A DNA stretch of 64,000 nt from the human T2T-CHM13v2.0 reference genome, Homo sapiens. The stretch lies in the NCBI RefSeq assembly GCF_009914755.1, contig NC_060926.1. The stretch is one strand, 5' to 3'. Shown here piece after piece: positions 1 to 13,232 of the stretch (positions are counted from its first letter, which is position 1; the number at the start of each line of letters is the position of its first letter). A model generated the notes under the pieces. That model saw only the letters and a program-made list of their open reading frames with translations, ran no database searches and was not told the origin of the DNA. A program made the translations under genes and the position numbers.

Positions 1-379
1 TCCCTTTCACTGTAGTATTGCAAGCCACACTCAGCACTCAAGTGTTCAATAAACATTTATTGAAACAGAGTGATTTCATTCCACAGCTCGATAGGGAGAT
101 GGATTTTGTTCTGTAGGTTTCGCAGAAGCTGAATCTTTCCTACCTTAATGAACCACAGAGAGCATGTGTGTATTTTGGGATGTCGCACCTGCTGCTGGGG
201 GTTAAGGTTTGTTTCGCCTTTGGTGTGTAGTGGAGATGGGTTTGTGCATAAATTCACTTTCAGAAAAAGTAGGGTGACTGGTTATGGGTATAATTTAGTC
301 TGAACTTGTACAGACAAAAATAATGAAAAGTAAATCTTCCCCAGACATAAAAAATGTTTTTCATTTGCTGTCTAAGCAT

Positions 380-572
380 GGAGAGAGTTGAAATCAGACA
401 GATCTGGGTCTGAAGTCCACATCTGTCACTTCACTGTAGATGTCTATGTCCTCTCTGGACCCCAATTTCTTCATTAGTAAAATGGGGCTATAACTATTGT
501 ATGGGGCAGATTAAATACAGATTCTACATAAGCTCCTGGCACATAGTAGGCACTCCATAAATACTGATTATT
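380..572 (+). mobile_element. MIR SINE
   Basis: Core-like tttcttcattagtaaaatgggg...cctggcacatagtaggcactc. Confidence 0.7.
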
Positions 573-589
573 TCTTCTCCTTGCCCATG

Positions 590-882
590 GTTCTGTGAAA
601 TGGGAATGTTTCCTGGGCCTCCCTTAGGAGGTCATTGTATGGATTTTTTTTTAATATATATGTTTTTTATTACACTTTAAGTTCTAGGGTCCTTTGTAGG
701 GACATGGATGAAGCTGGAAACCATCATTCTCAGCAAACTATCACAAGGACAGAAAAACCAAACACCGCATGTTCTCACTCATAGGTGGGAATTGAACAAT
801 GAGAACACTTGGACACAGGAAGGGGAACGTTGTATGGATTAAATGAGTAATCTTTGGAAAGTGCTTACACCTGAGCCTGGAG
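590..882 (+). mobile_element. MIR SINE interrupted by an L1 insertion
   Basis: ctgtgaaatgggaatg...ttgtatggatt[L1]aaatgagtaat...aaagtgcttaca...gcctgg rebuilds a MIR core. Confidence 0.7.
646..828. mobile_element. Short 5'-inverted L1PA insertion
   Basis: Minus-strand L1 3' terminus (646-690) joined to a plus-strand L1 segment, gggacatggatgaagctggaaacc...ggggaac; TSD ttgtatggatt at 635-645 and 830-840. Confidence 0.85.
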
Positions 883-1133
883 CAAGTCAGAGCTCAGCCT
901 CCTGGGTGCTGCTGCGGGTGCTGCCCCTGTCCTGGGAGTCCTTTTAAAATCATGTGTGTGCCTTCCCTGTCTCATCTACCCTGTTCCCTTTCCCTAGAGG
1001 TAACCACTTAACCATTTTTATTATTATTTTGGTTAATCCTTCCATTGTTTCTTTTTGGAAAAAAAAAACTAAGTTTATCTTCTTCACACACAAACAATGT
1101 CCTCCTTTTTACAAAAAGATATTAATAGCGTAG

Positions 1134-1498
<365 letters not shown>

Positions 1499-1866
1499 TG
1501 ATTTGGAGAGGTTCCGTAGTGTATAAAAATATCTTCCACAATCCTTGTATAGTTATATGGTACTCCATATTTTGAATGTACCGTAATTTATTCGACCACT
1601 AGCCTGTTGGTGGGTATTTGGGTTATTTTCAGTGTTCTGCTATAATAGTTTGTAGCACATAGCCTTGTACAAACTTTTTTTTCTATTTTGCCAAAGTGTC
1701 TTTTGGGATAGATTCCTAGGAGTGGGCTTGCTAGATCAGAAGAGTAAATGCATGAATAACTGCTCTGGATTTTGCCAAATGTTTGTCTTCAGGGCCATCC
1801 CGTTTTGCAGTCGTGTTGAGTGCCTGTCTCCCCGTTGCCATAGAAGCAGAATGTGTTGCCTCTTTG

Positions 1867-2612
<746 letters not shown>

Positions 2613-2850
2613 TTGTTTGTTTTTTGTCAGTCTGATGGTGCAAATAGTATTTTCACTTAGTTTTGTTTTTCTCTTCTGAGCTAGGTTGAGCATCTTTTCC
2701 TTTGTTTAAGCGCCTTTTGCATTTTTTTCTGTCAAATGTTTTCATATTTTTTGCCCCTTTTTCTACCAGATTTTTAGTCTGTTCTCAATTTTTATAATTT
2801 CTTTAAAGATTAGGGATATTAGCCCTTTGTAGTATTTTGTAAAACTTCCT

Positions 2851-3109
2851 GGCGAGGTGTAGTGGCTTATGCCTGCAATAAGGGAGGCCAAGGCCTGAGG
2901 ATTGCCTGAGCAACATAGTGAGACCCCGCCTCTACAAAGCAAAGCAAAACAAAACAAAACAAGCGCACCTGTAGTCCTAGCTACTTGGGAGGCTGAGATG
3001 GGAGGATCTCTTGAGCCCAAGAGGTCAAGGCTGCGGTGAGCTGTGATTGAGCCACTGTAGCCCAGCCTGGTTGGCAGTGTGAGAACCTGTTTCAAAACAA
3101 AAACAAAAC
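2851..3109 (+). mobile_element. Alu (J-type)
   Basis: Diverged dimer; TSD aaaacttcct on both sides. Confidence 0.85.
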
Positions 3110-3539
3110 TTCCTGAGGCACTGGCGTGATTAAGATAAATAAACCCACTGAACCTGAGGGACTGTTGGTCTGGGGAGGGAGACAGCCTCATAATGGATGT
3201 TCATGTACTTGCAAAGCGGTGATAGCTAGTTCTGCCTGGGGGGAGGTGATAGCTAGTTCTGCCTTGGGGGAGTCTGGGAAGACTTCCCGAAGGTGGTGGT
3301 ATTTGACTTGGGTCTCAAAGCTTAGTCATTTCCCAGCCAAGAGAAGAGGAGCTGAGGATTTCCAGGCGGAGGAAAGAGTATATTCAAAAAAGTGGGGAAA
3401 TAAAAGGAGTCGGTTGTGTTTGGGTCAGGTGGTTCTGGGAGGGGTGAGAGAGGAGCCTCTCAGATTGGGAGGAGCCCGGTGGGCCACGTGAAGCCTTCCT
3501 AGATGACAAGGAAAGCAAGGAGAGGTTTGGGAGTGGGCC

Positions 3540-4095
3540 CTGGCTCTGAGACTGTATGCTTCTTCCAGTCACCTGGGAGTTTTTAACACTGTGGCTCCCT
3601 GCCCCCTCCCACACTGATGCTCATCACTGGTGGGGTGGGGCCAGTGGTCACTGTTTCTCAAAGCTTGTCAGGTAATTGTAGTGGCAGTTGGGATGAAATC
3701 CTCCCGTTGAGAGAATTGTGGCAGCAGGTTGGAGGAAGGATGGACAGAGAACAAACTTGGTGTGCTTAGGAACCACCTGGGCTCTTGGCAAAAATTCATA
3801 TTTCCAAGGCTCAGGAGGTTGGGAGTGGAGCAGTAACTTGCTTTTTCTTTACTTTTTTATTTTATTTTATTTCTATATTATTATTTTAATAACCTGTATT
3901 TTGTTTTTAGAGTAGTCCAGTGAAGTAGTGAGAATGGGGTAGAGAATAGAGCAAGGAGTTCAGTCTGTAACTGATTGTGAACCATCGTTTGAGATAGCTC
4001 ACTGCCTTCAGGCCAGCGGTAACCTGCATTTTTAACAAACGTTCCAGGGGTTCTGATGTGGTGGTCTGGGTCACACGTTGAGAGGCACTGAGGCA
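3540..4095. mobile_element. MER5-like hAT DNA transposon fragments (one split by the Y RNA retrocopy)
   Basis: ...ctgcatttttaacaaacgttccaggggttctgatg...cacgttgagaggcactg resembles the MER5 end. Confidence 0.55.
3909..4018 (-). pseudogene. Y1 RNA (RNY1-like) retropseudogene, full length
   Basis: Reverse complement gctggcctgaaggcagtgagctatctcaa...tcagttacagactgaactccttg...cactggactactct follows hY1 end to end. A-rich tail at 3842-3908; TSD gtaacttgc (3833-3841) / gtaacctgc (4019-4027). Confidence 0.9.
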
Positions 4096-5959
4096 GAGAC
4101 AAGAGGCAGAACAACTTAAGCCTGAGGTAGGCGGAGCTGAAGAGGAGGGGCAGAATCTTCCATTATTTTAACAAATACAATCAATGATCCTAGGTAGGCA
4201 ATTAGAAATGGGGAGTGAAGGAGGAAAAGAGTTGAGCACCTGCTACTTCTTTTAGATTTGATGATGCTATTAATATTAACTAAAGAGGAAACGTGGGGGT
4301 CAGTGAACAGTGAGATGAGGTACATTTCAGTGTGGAGGCCTGGCCCCTGGGGACGCCAGCCTGCAAGACTAGGTTGGATTAGCAGTGATGCTGACAGAGC
4401 GGGAGTGAACTCAGCCAACCCATCGTTATCAGACAGGAATGCATTTGGCTGTAGGTTGATGTCATCAGGACCCACACTGGCTACCTTGTGGCCTCAGCAT
4501 GGCTGCTGCAGCACTAAATGTTGTATGTTCATTTAAAGCAAAGGTGGCACTGAGACTACACGTGTTCCCATATACCAGCCAAGCACTTGCCTACCTCCCC
4601 ACCCCCAACAGAACTGCTTAGGTCTCCTTGACCAGTACTGGGGCAGTGGGGATTAGCCCTATGATGAAAGGTCCCCCGCGACCACCACCCCCAGTTCAGA
4701 AACAAGGTCCTGTGAGCAGTGAGGATGTGTGTGTGTGTGTGGGGGGGGGTGTTAACACCACATACCGCAGCATACCGCAGTAAGAGAAGCGTCCTGGCTT
4801 TAGGAAAGTGGGTGTGAACTCCAAATGAGGGGCAGACCTGGAGCCGCTCTCCTGGGGGTTTGGGCATACACATCGTTGCCACTTTTTGGCTTTTTTGGGT
4901 TTGGTCCTTCCTCACATTAGTGGGGGCAGGAATGAGGTGTCTCTCCTCCTGTCGGTGGAGGCTTTGGCATAGGAGCTTTGGGACATGGTCGTTTTTAATA
5001 ATCCTGGTGGCAGTGCATTGAAAACCAGGGTAGTGGCAATGGGGAAATTGGATTCTCTTGATGGGTAAGGGAAGGATGACTGTCCTTTTTCCATGAGTTG
5101 GTGTTTTGGAGTCTTCAGAAAACCTATGTTGGGTTCCTTTCTGTCAGAGTTAGCACCAGACTCAGGGCCTGGCTCTGCAGAGCTGAGCGGGATTCTGCAG
5201 TGCGGCAGTTGCCCGGTGCGCTCTCTCCTGCTGGCCGTTGGTGTCATGAAGACGCTGATGTGGCACACACTCCGTTGCCACCTTGGGCGTGCACACTCCC
5301 TCAGCTTCTGCGAGGATGCGGTAAGATCAGCTTATAGGTAGACAGGTGGTGGGTAAGTTGCAGGTAGTTCCTGAATGAGGATGAATCTGTGGGTAGTGTT
5401 TTGAGTAGATACAGGAATTTACCTTTGCTTAATTGATTTAAATCCGTTATCAGCAGACTTTTATGCTGAAGTTTTATTTTGCCAACAAGTATTATTGTCT
5501 GGGCTCTGGTGTGTCATTCATTAGCCAAGTGGCCTTGGGTGAATTACTTAATCCTCTGGCCCTCAGTTTCGTAATGTGTAAAGTGGGAATATTACCACCA
5601 CTTTCAAAATTGGTGTGAAGATTAAAAGATGAAAATGGCTCCTACTTGGGTAGTGGCTGTGGTATGTGTGAAGAAGTGTTGGAGATAACCTGGAGGTCTT
5701 TGAATATGTTTTGCATGCCTTACGTTTTGTGAACAAATTATTTTCTGATTGCTTCCTATATGTGAATCATGGTGCTTGTAAACTGCAAACCACAGATGAA
5801 GCTTTAGAGATAGAATTGGAGAGGCCTGGGATTTCTTTTGTGACCTGTCATTAGTTGTTCAACCGGGCAAGTTACTCAGTCTCTCTGTTTACCAGTTTTC
5901 TTATTTGTTAACTGGAATACTAGTTTCTGTCTCATAGACCAGAAGTGTTTGTTCTGTTA

Positions 5960-6382
<423 letters not shown>

Positions 6383-7001
6383 TTATTCCAGTATTTCCAC
6401 TTTTGGGGGGCTTTGTGAATTTGGGTGATGTTGCTTAATTAACCATAGTCAGGTTTCTGTTTTACCTGCTTTTTTGTTGTTGTTGAAGGACCGGGGAAGT
6501 CTAAAGGACAGATAGGTGGCTGAAGTGGACATTTGGCTAATTTTCTTTCCTTTCTGCTACTTTTTTTTTGTTTCCCTCCCCAGTTTCCCAGCTGTCTGCC
6601 TGCAGCCCCTCTGTCCAGGTCACCTTGGGCAGGCTGTGGCTTGCTGCCCTCAGCCTCTGGACACGACTCTTGGTCAGTCCCCTCCATTTTCTTCACCCCC
6701 ACGTGGCAGCTGTTTTTCATTTGTTTGTCTTTTACTGCGTAAATGTGGAAATCCTCACTCCTTACATGCTCAAGACATTAACACTAATAGTCTGAGATTT
6801 TACTTCTATCCTTATATTGATTAACTATATTTTTCCCTTTACCATTTTACATGCAGAATAATACATGGAGTATACACATAAGTTGTGAAGCACAGTCACG
6901 GACTGTGCACACGTGGACCCACCTGCGCGGCTGAGTGCCAGGGTGCTCTTCTGTGGCATCCTCCAGGGTTAAGCATCCTTTGGGGCTTAGTCTCCATTTG
7001 A

Positions 7002-7461
<460 letters not shown>

Positions 7462-8189
7462 TAGTGTACCTTTTTTTCCCACCTTGGCTTTTCTTTTATC
7501 TCTTTCTGAGGTGTCTTTGATGAGCAGAAATTCTCAATTGCAATATAGTTGAGTTTAGCAGTCATAGCTTATATCTAATATTTTTTTCTATTACATTTAA
7601 GAAACTCTTCCCAATTCCAAAGTCATTGGAAATTCTCTGTCGTCTGCTGGACGTTTTGAAGTTCTTCTGCCTTTTGCTGTAGCGCACCCAGAGTCTGCCA
7701 GGAGCTCACGCGTGTGGTGTCCTTGGCTAACCTGCCATCTCAGCCCCTTTGCTGAAGTCCCCCTCCCTCCCAAACCCTGGTTTGCAGTGCTGCCTGTTAC
7801 ACATCAAGCTTCCAAATCTGCAAGGGTCTGTTTCTGGGCTATCTTTGGTCCCCAAATTCCGCTTCTCTTAATTTGCTTTAAGGATAGTTGAGGACATAAG
7901 CAGATATTTACTTACGGGAATATCCACTGAAGTTCTGATGATAGCATTGAGGGAACGGGAAGCATTCTAAATGTTCCGGCAGTGGGAAGCAGGTGAATGA
8001 TGGAGGGGAGGGTGTGTAGGTGCCGTGAGATACTCTGTAGCCGGTAAAAATGCATTTGCTGATGTGGCTATATGGTGATAATATACATGACAAAAAAATA
8101 ACAAGGTCACATAACAGTATGTACAGTATGGATTCCACGTTCATAAAAAGAAAGTTGTAAGTTGAAAAAAACCTGTTATCTTGCTTTCT

Positions 8190-9060
8190 CCTGTCCTGGT
8201 CACACTCAGGGTGATTTGATCTGGCTTCGACCCCATCAGGCCACCATGTCCGCTCTGGCAGGTCCTCGGTGACCCCCTGGTGGCTGCTTCCTTTATCCTC
8301 AGCTCAGTTCTCATTTATGACCTCGCTGCTGCATTGGACATCACTGATGCGATCTTCTCGACGTGCTCTCTGCTCTCCTCCGCTTCTGCCCACTTTCTTC
8401 TTGTTCTCCTTTCTGGCTTTCCTTCCTTGGTATTGGTGTCCCTGGGTTCCCATTTCCCTGGGCCTCCGTGTACTCCATGCTTTCTCCTTTGGGGCCCTTG
8501 GCAAGGCATCTCCTGTGTTAAAACTTCTACATCACAGACCTGCAGAGCTGGCCGTCGCCTTACACTGAACTCCCCTGACGTCCTCGAGGCCCGCAGAGTC
8601 AGCACATCCAGAATGAAACCCACATCCCCCCACTGAGCCACACTCTTTGGAGGCATCCAGGATTTCTGTCCTGTCTCCTCCCCTTCGCCTCGGTCGATTC
8701 TCACATCTTTCTGAACATTCCCATGCCTGTGTCCATCTCTCCCCTGCCACCCCAGACTCTTGTCATCAGCTCCCCCCTTATGCGAGTTTCTGGAGTGTTC
8801 TGCCAGCCTCCACATTTCACCCCTCTTCTTTCCCACACTGTGGCCACAGTCAGCTTTCCAGAGTGTATTTCTGAGCCACCACCGGGCTCTGTCTGTAGCC
8901 CCAGGGAGCAGCTGCCGGCCTCTGCTTGCCCAGCCCCTCCTCCCTGGCCTGCTCAGGTACCTGTTGTCTCAGGCAGCTCCCTTATGGGGCATTGCTCACT
9001 GCCCTGTGCCCCACATCCCAGAGCACTCTGGTGTGTACACATCCGCCTTCCTCTGGTCTG
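8190..9060 (+). mobile_element. Ancient L2 LINE, ORF2 relic
   Basis: Pyrimidine-rich; ORF 8280-8636 contains SVLIYDLAAALDITD, resembling the L2/CR1 RT motif LILLDLSAAFDTVDH. Confidence 0.65.
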
Positions 9061-9739
9061 AGCTCCTGGCCATGCAGCCCTCAGAGCCCAGTGTAGTGAC
9101 CAGCATCTGGTGATGCAGCCACGTGTCAGAGAGGGGGCAACCTCACCCTGTGCTTGGGCCTGCTAGTGCCTTTCAGACAGAGTCCATTCTGGACTTTCCC
9201 TGCCTCCTGGTTTGAAGCCCTTTTCAAGGACATTCTCAGAGCTGTCTTACTGTTAAGCAAGGACCACTGGAGACTTGCGCTTCCCCCCAAGCAGCTGCAC
9301 GTGGTAGTCTTGGACCTGTGGGCTGGGCATATGTCTGTCGGGTCAGTGGGTGGCCGTGGACCACACTCCAGCTCAGGCCCAGTGCTCTCGCCAACTTCCT
9401 CTGGGGAGCCCAGCACTGGGATTGGTGTCTTGCCTGTGTTTGCTGGTGGGCGCGTGTTCACTTTCCACCTGCTGCTCTCTGACTGGAGCTTAAGAGTTTT
9501 CTCGGTGCTGTGTGTGTTGCAAATTTGTCTCTGATTGGAATAAGGGTATCTTAGATGGCTTGAACGACAGTTGGCCCTTTTGTTTGTGCATAGAACCCAA
9601 CAAAGTGACTCTAAGAGCCCGGTGGCCCGGCATGGCCCGAGCGAACTGTGCAGGGGCCTGGCCCTTTCACTCCTGACTCTGCTCTAGGGGGCAAGGAGAG
9701 GCCTCGTCAGCCTAGCAGCATTTCCTGTGGGTGCCTTTC

Positions 9740-10010
9740 ACAGCTGCCACGTGCAAAATACAGCACATTATTTTGGGGTGTTATTTTCTTGACCACTTTT
9801 GGTTCATTGCTTTTGACTAAATGTTTAAAAATATTCTGCAGCATATCTATAGTACTCACAAGCAGCGAATCAGGAGAAGAAATGCAGTTTCTGAGAAGGC
9901 TTCAAAGAAATAATGGTCTTTATCTTTTCCCCAGCCTTTTCCGCTGAAACCCACCAGTCTTTTTCTGAGCACTCTTGTTCTATAAATAAAGCAGCAGCTC
10001 TCCTTGGGCA
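9740..10010 (+). promoter_or_regulatory. Candidate alternative promoter: paired E-boxes (9741-9753) and CTATAAATAA TATA/MEF2-like box (9980-9989)
   Basis: Motif matches only; positioned just upstream of GTAAGT (10076) and GTGAGT (10092) donors. Confidence 0.35.
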
Positions 10011-10245
10011 GCCCAAGATCGCAGACTCTCATCCGCCCTCAGAAAGATTGTGCGTGTGCGTGTGTGTGCGTGTGTGTAAGTATGTGGTGCAGTGAGTTGT
10101 GTTTTAATTTTGCTTTTCTTTTATGTATGAGATGTGTAGCAGGAGATGCAAGAAAAAATACTCCAGCATCTGTCCTTTAAAGATAACTTATAACTTTTCT
10201 GGGTTTTGGCTTGTTGGTTTTGTCTTTTTTTTTTTTCCCATTTAG

Positions 10246-10279
10246 GGAAGAGATGGAAGTGATTGCTTTCCCCACAAAG
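10246..10279 (+). CDS. Candidate alternative 34-nt exon; ATG at 10253 gives MEVIAFPTK, in frame with exon 2
   Basis: Long T tract ending ccatttag| acceptor, AAG|gtaagg donor, gagATGg Kozak context, 27 nt from ATG to donor (phase 0). No transcript evidence available. Confidence 0.45.
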
Positions 10280-12297
10280 GTAAGGAAGATGAATGGGGGG
10301 CCAGGAGAGACGTCTTCACAGTGAGGCCTTTGAGGTCAACAGAGAAAGGGTCTCGTGGTATATGTTTCAGGCTTCCATGGATGGCATTGTTCTGTGCAGA
10401 TGTATTTGAAATGAGTTTCATCCATGTGTACTTGGATGTGAAAAGGATGTTTGGAAACAAATACCATTTCCCAGTCCTTCACACTGAAGACTGGTTTATA
10501 TCCTCGCTACCAGAATCGGGGTGGGACTTTCTGTCTGCCTTGGATCACCCTTGGTCTGTTTTGGACGGGACCTCAGATGCTAACTGTATGCTGGGGATCC
10601 CCGCTGTCTCTAGGGGAGGGGGTGGGGGTGGGGAGGTCACTTCTGGCAAACAAGCGTCATCAGAATGCTTGATCGTTGGATAATGTTGGGCTCCTCTCTT
10701 TTTCCTTCCTGGCACTCTTTAATTACTGGGGAGAGGGTGGGTGCCTTCTTCAGAAGTGTGAGGTGAATGTATAAGCCAAGAATGAGTCAGTAGATTCTTC
10801 AGCAGCTCTGCCCTGCGCTGATCCTCTAGAGTTGGAAAGGGCTGCTGTTGTGCCACTGGGTCAGTGCCAAAAGCAGAGTTCACCATGATTGGCACATGCT
10901 GGTGAGCAAGAAGCTCTTGGAAGTGGTCGTGAGTGCAGCCAGTTCCCCCCAACCCAGGAAGGGCACAGTGAGGATGGCTGGTTGCGGGATAAGGAGAAGA
11001 GACCCCTAGGCAGTTTGCATTGGCCTGTGCTGTCCGGGTGTGGTCCTGGTGTCCGTCCACATGTTGATGGCGTGTCGGGCTGGGGGCTTTCTGCAGCCTT
11101 CCCTGTTCCACTGTCTCTCCTGTTGTGAATGCCGGTGGATGGAACAGGCAGCGCAGTGTTCTGCGCTTGCATTCTGGCATAGGTGGGGGACATGAGCCTC
11201 CTGTGTCTTGCTTTTGCTGGTTTTATCTTAGGGAGTTTTAAGTGTTTGTGGATACTTAAGAACTTTGTACATGCACTGTTTGAAACATTTACGTAAAGTG
11301 CAGAGCTATATGAGATTAGGTAGTTAAGCAAAAGCTTCTCTGAACCAATGTGCTTGTCTTTGAACAGAATTTTTAGGAAGCCTCCCTCCATTTCCATGCT
11401 GAGGCTCCTTGTGGACTGGGCATTTCCGTGAGGTGGGATGTAACATAGTGTGCGAACGCCGAGAGCCAGGTTCTTGTCTTCATGCTTGTCGTTTATTCTT
11501 TTTGATTGTGTTAATGGCTCCGAGTACGTCAAAACATCTCATGACCAAGTAGTTAGTTACGCATTTGATGTTTTGGTGGCATGGGCTGCGTAAGGCGGGA
11601 GAGCAGCTCCGGGAGAAGTAGAGCCCCCTTCATTCTTGGCTTTAATTGAGCCAAGATGAGTGGACCGTATAATCCATTTCTGGATTCTCGTAAGAGAACG
11701 TCTTGTGTTGGGGTGAACTCATCAGCTTTTCGGGTTGAGAGGAGTTTTAGTGTCTGTGGCCGAGGCACTTTCCTCTCATGGTGTGTGCAGATGCACACGC
11801 CAGGCCTGTGAGTGGTGGGTTGGGCTGAGGGCGCGGGCCTGGAGCTTCTGAGCCCCAGAGCCACTGACGTAGACAGCTTTGGCAGCAGCATCCTGAGAAA
11901 TGGCAGGGGGCCAGAGAACACAGAGACAGGGCCAAGAATAGCTGAAAAATACCAAATGCTGAAGTTGGAGAATGCACTGGCCCCGCGTCCCAGTGTCCTC
12001 CCAGCTGCTGTGTACTGTGGCCCTGTGAGCCTCAGTGTCCCTTCTTCATGTCTGCCAGTGCGTCCAGGACACACCCTGGGCCTCTTGACACCCCCACCCA
12101 CACAGGCACACATTGCCCCTTAGAGGACAGGATTGGTGCAACCCCCCATGCCCCCGGCAGCGTGCTGGGCCTGTGCATAGGTCAAGGTCTGTTGAGAGTG
12201 TGAGAAATATTTTCTGTTAGAGACACGAATATGTTTCAGCCGCAACAGGCTGCGTTTCAGCCGGAAGAGTGAAAGGGCACCTTGAAAACGCAAGTTT

Positions 12298-12432
12298 ATG
12301 AATATGTTTCTGTACTTTCAGACCATCATCAAAGAGGGGATGCTGACCAAACAGAACAATTCATTCCAGCGATCAAAAAGGAGATACTTTAAGCTTCGAG
12401 GGCGAACGCTTTACTATGCCAAAACGGCAAAG
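12298..12432 (+). CDS. DGKD: DGK-delta1 alternative first coding exon (MNMFLYFQ plus exon 2)
   Basis: ATG at 12298 is in frame with exon 2 and has an in-frame upstream TGA at 12283-12285. MNMFLYFQ is the N-terminus I recall for isoform delta1. Confidence 0.85.
12322..12432 (+). CDS. DGKD: DGKD exon 2, PH domain N-terminal part (TIIKEG...YAKTAK), 111 nt, phase 0-0
   Basis: Acceptor tgtactttcag| and donor AAG|gtgagg; PH motif KEGMLTK...KRRYFKL. Confidence 0.97.
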
Positions 12433-12777
12433 GTGAGGCCCCATGCAGGAAAGCACACGCGAGGACATCACAGGAGCCGTCCCAGGGGAGGAACTGGGGG
12501 TGCTGAGTCCTTGTGTGGGAAAAGCTTCAATTCTCAGATCTGTTATTGCCAGTGAGTTTTGTAACACTCCACGCCGTCAGGTTTTACTTGTCTCAAGGCA
12601 TGTTTTATTTCTTATCAAAATTAATTTCTGTTCATTTTCCTTTTCTTTAATGTCATCGGTAATGGGGAAAAGGAAAAAAGGGTCACAGAGACAGCCGCGT
12701 TACAGCTGGATATCTCTCTCTCAGAAAGGCGGAGGGAATCACGGGGCTATGAATTTCATCTTCTTATTATTAAATAA

Positions 12778-13232
<455 letters not shown>

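Noticed and set aside
3218-3272. 27-bp tandem duplication (similar small ones at 34945-34986, 40647-40688 and 61729-61790)
   Set aside because: Ordinary slippage duplications with no functional cue.
10719-12113. Minus-strand ORFs of 153-223 aa suggesting an antisense gene
   Set aside because: No recognisable domains or consistent exon structure; lengths are plausible by chance in GC-richer intron. An antisense ncRNA cannot be excluded.
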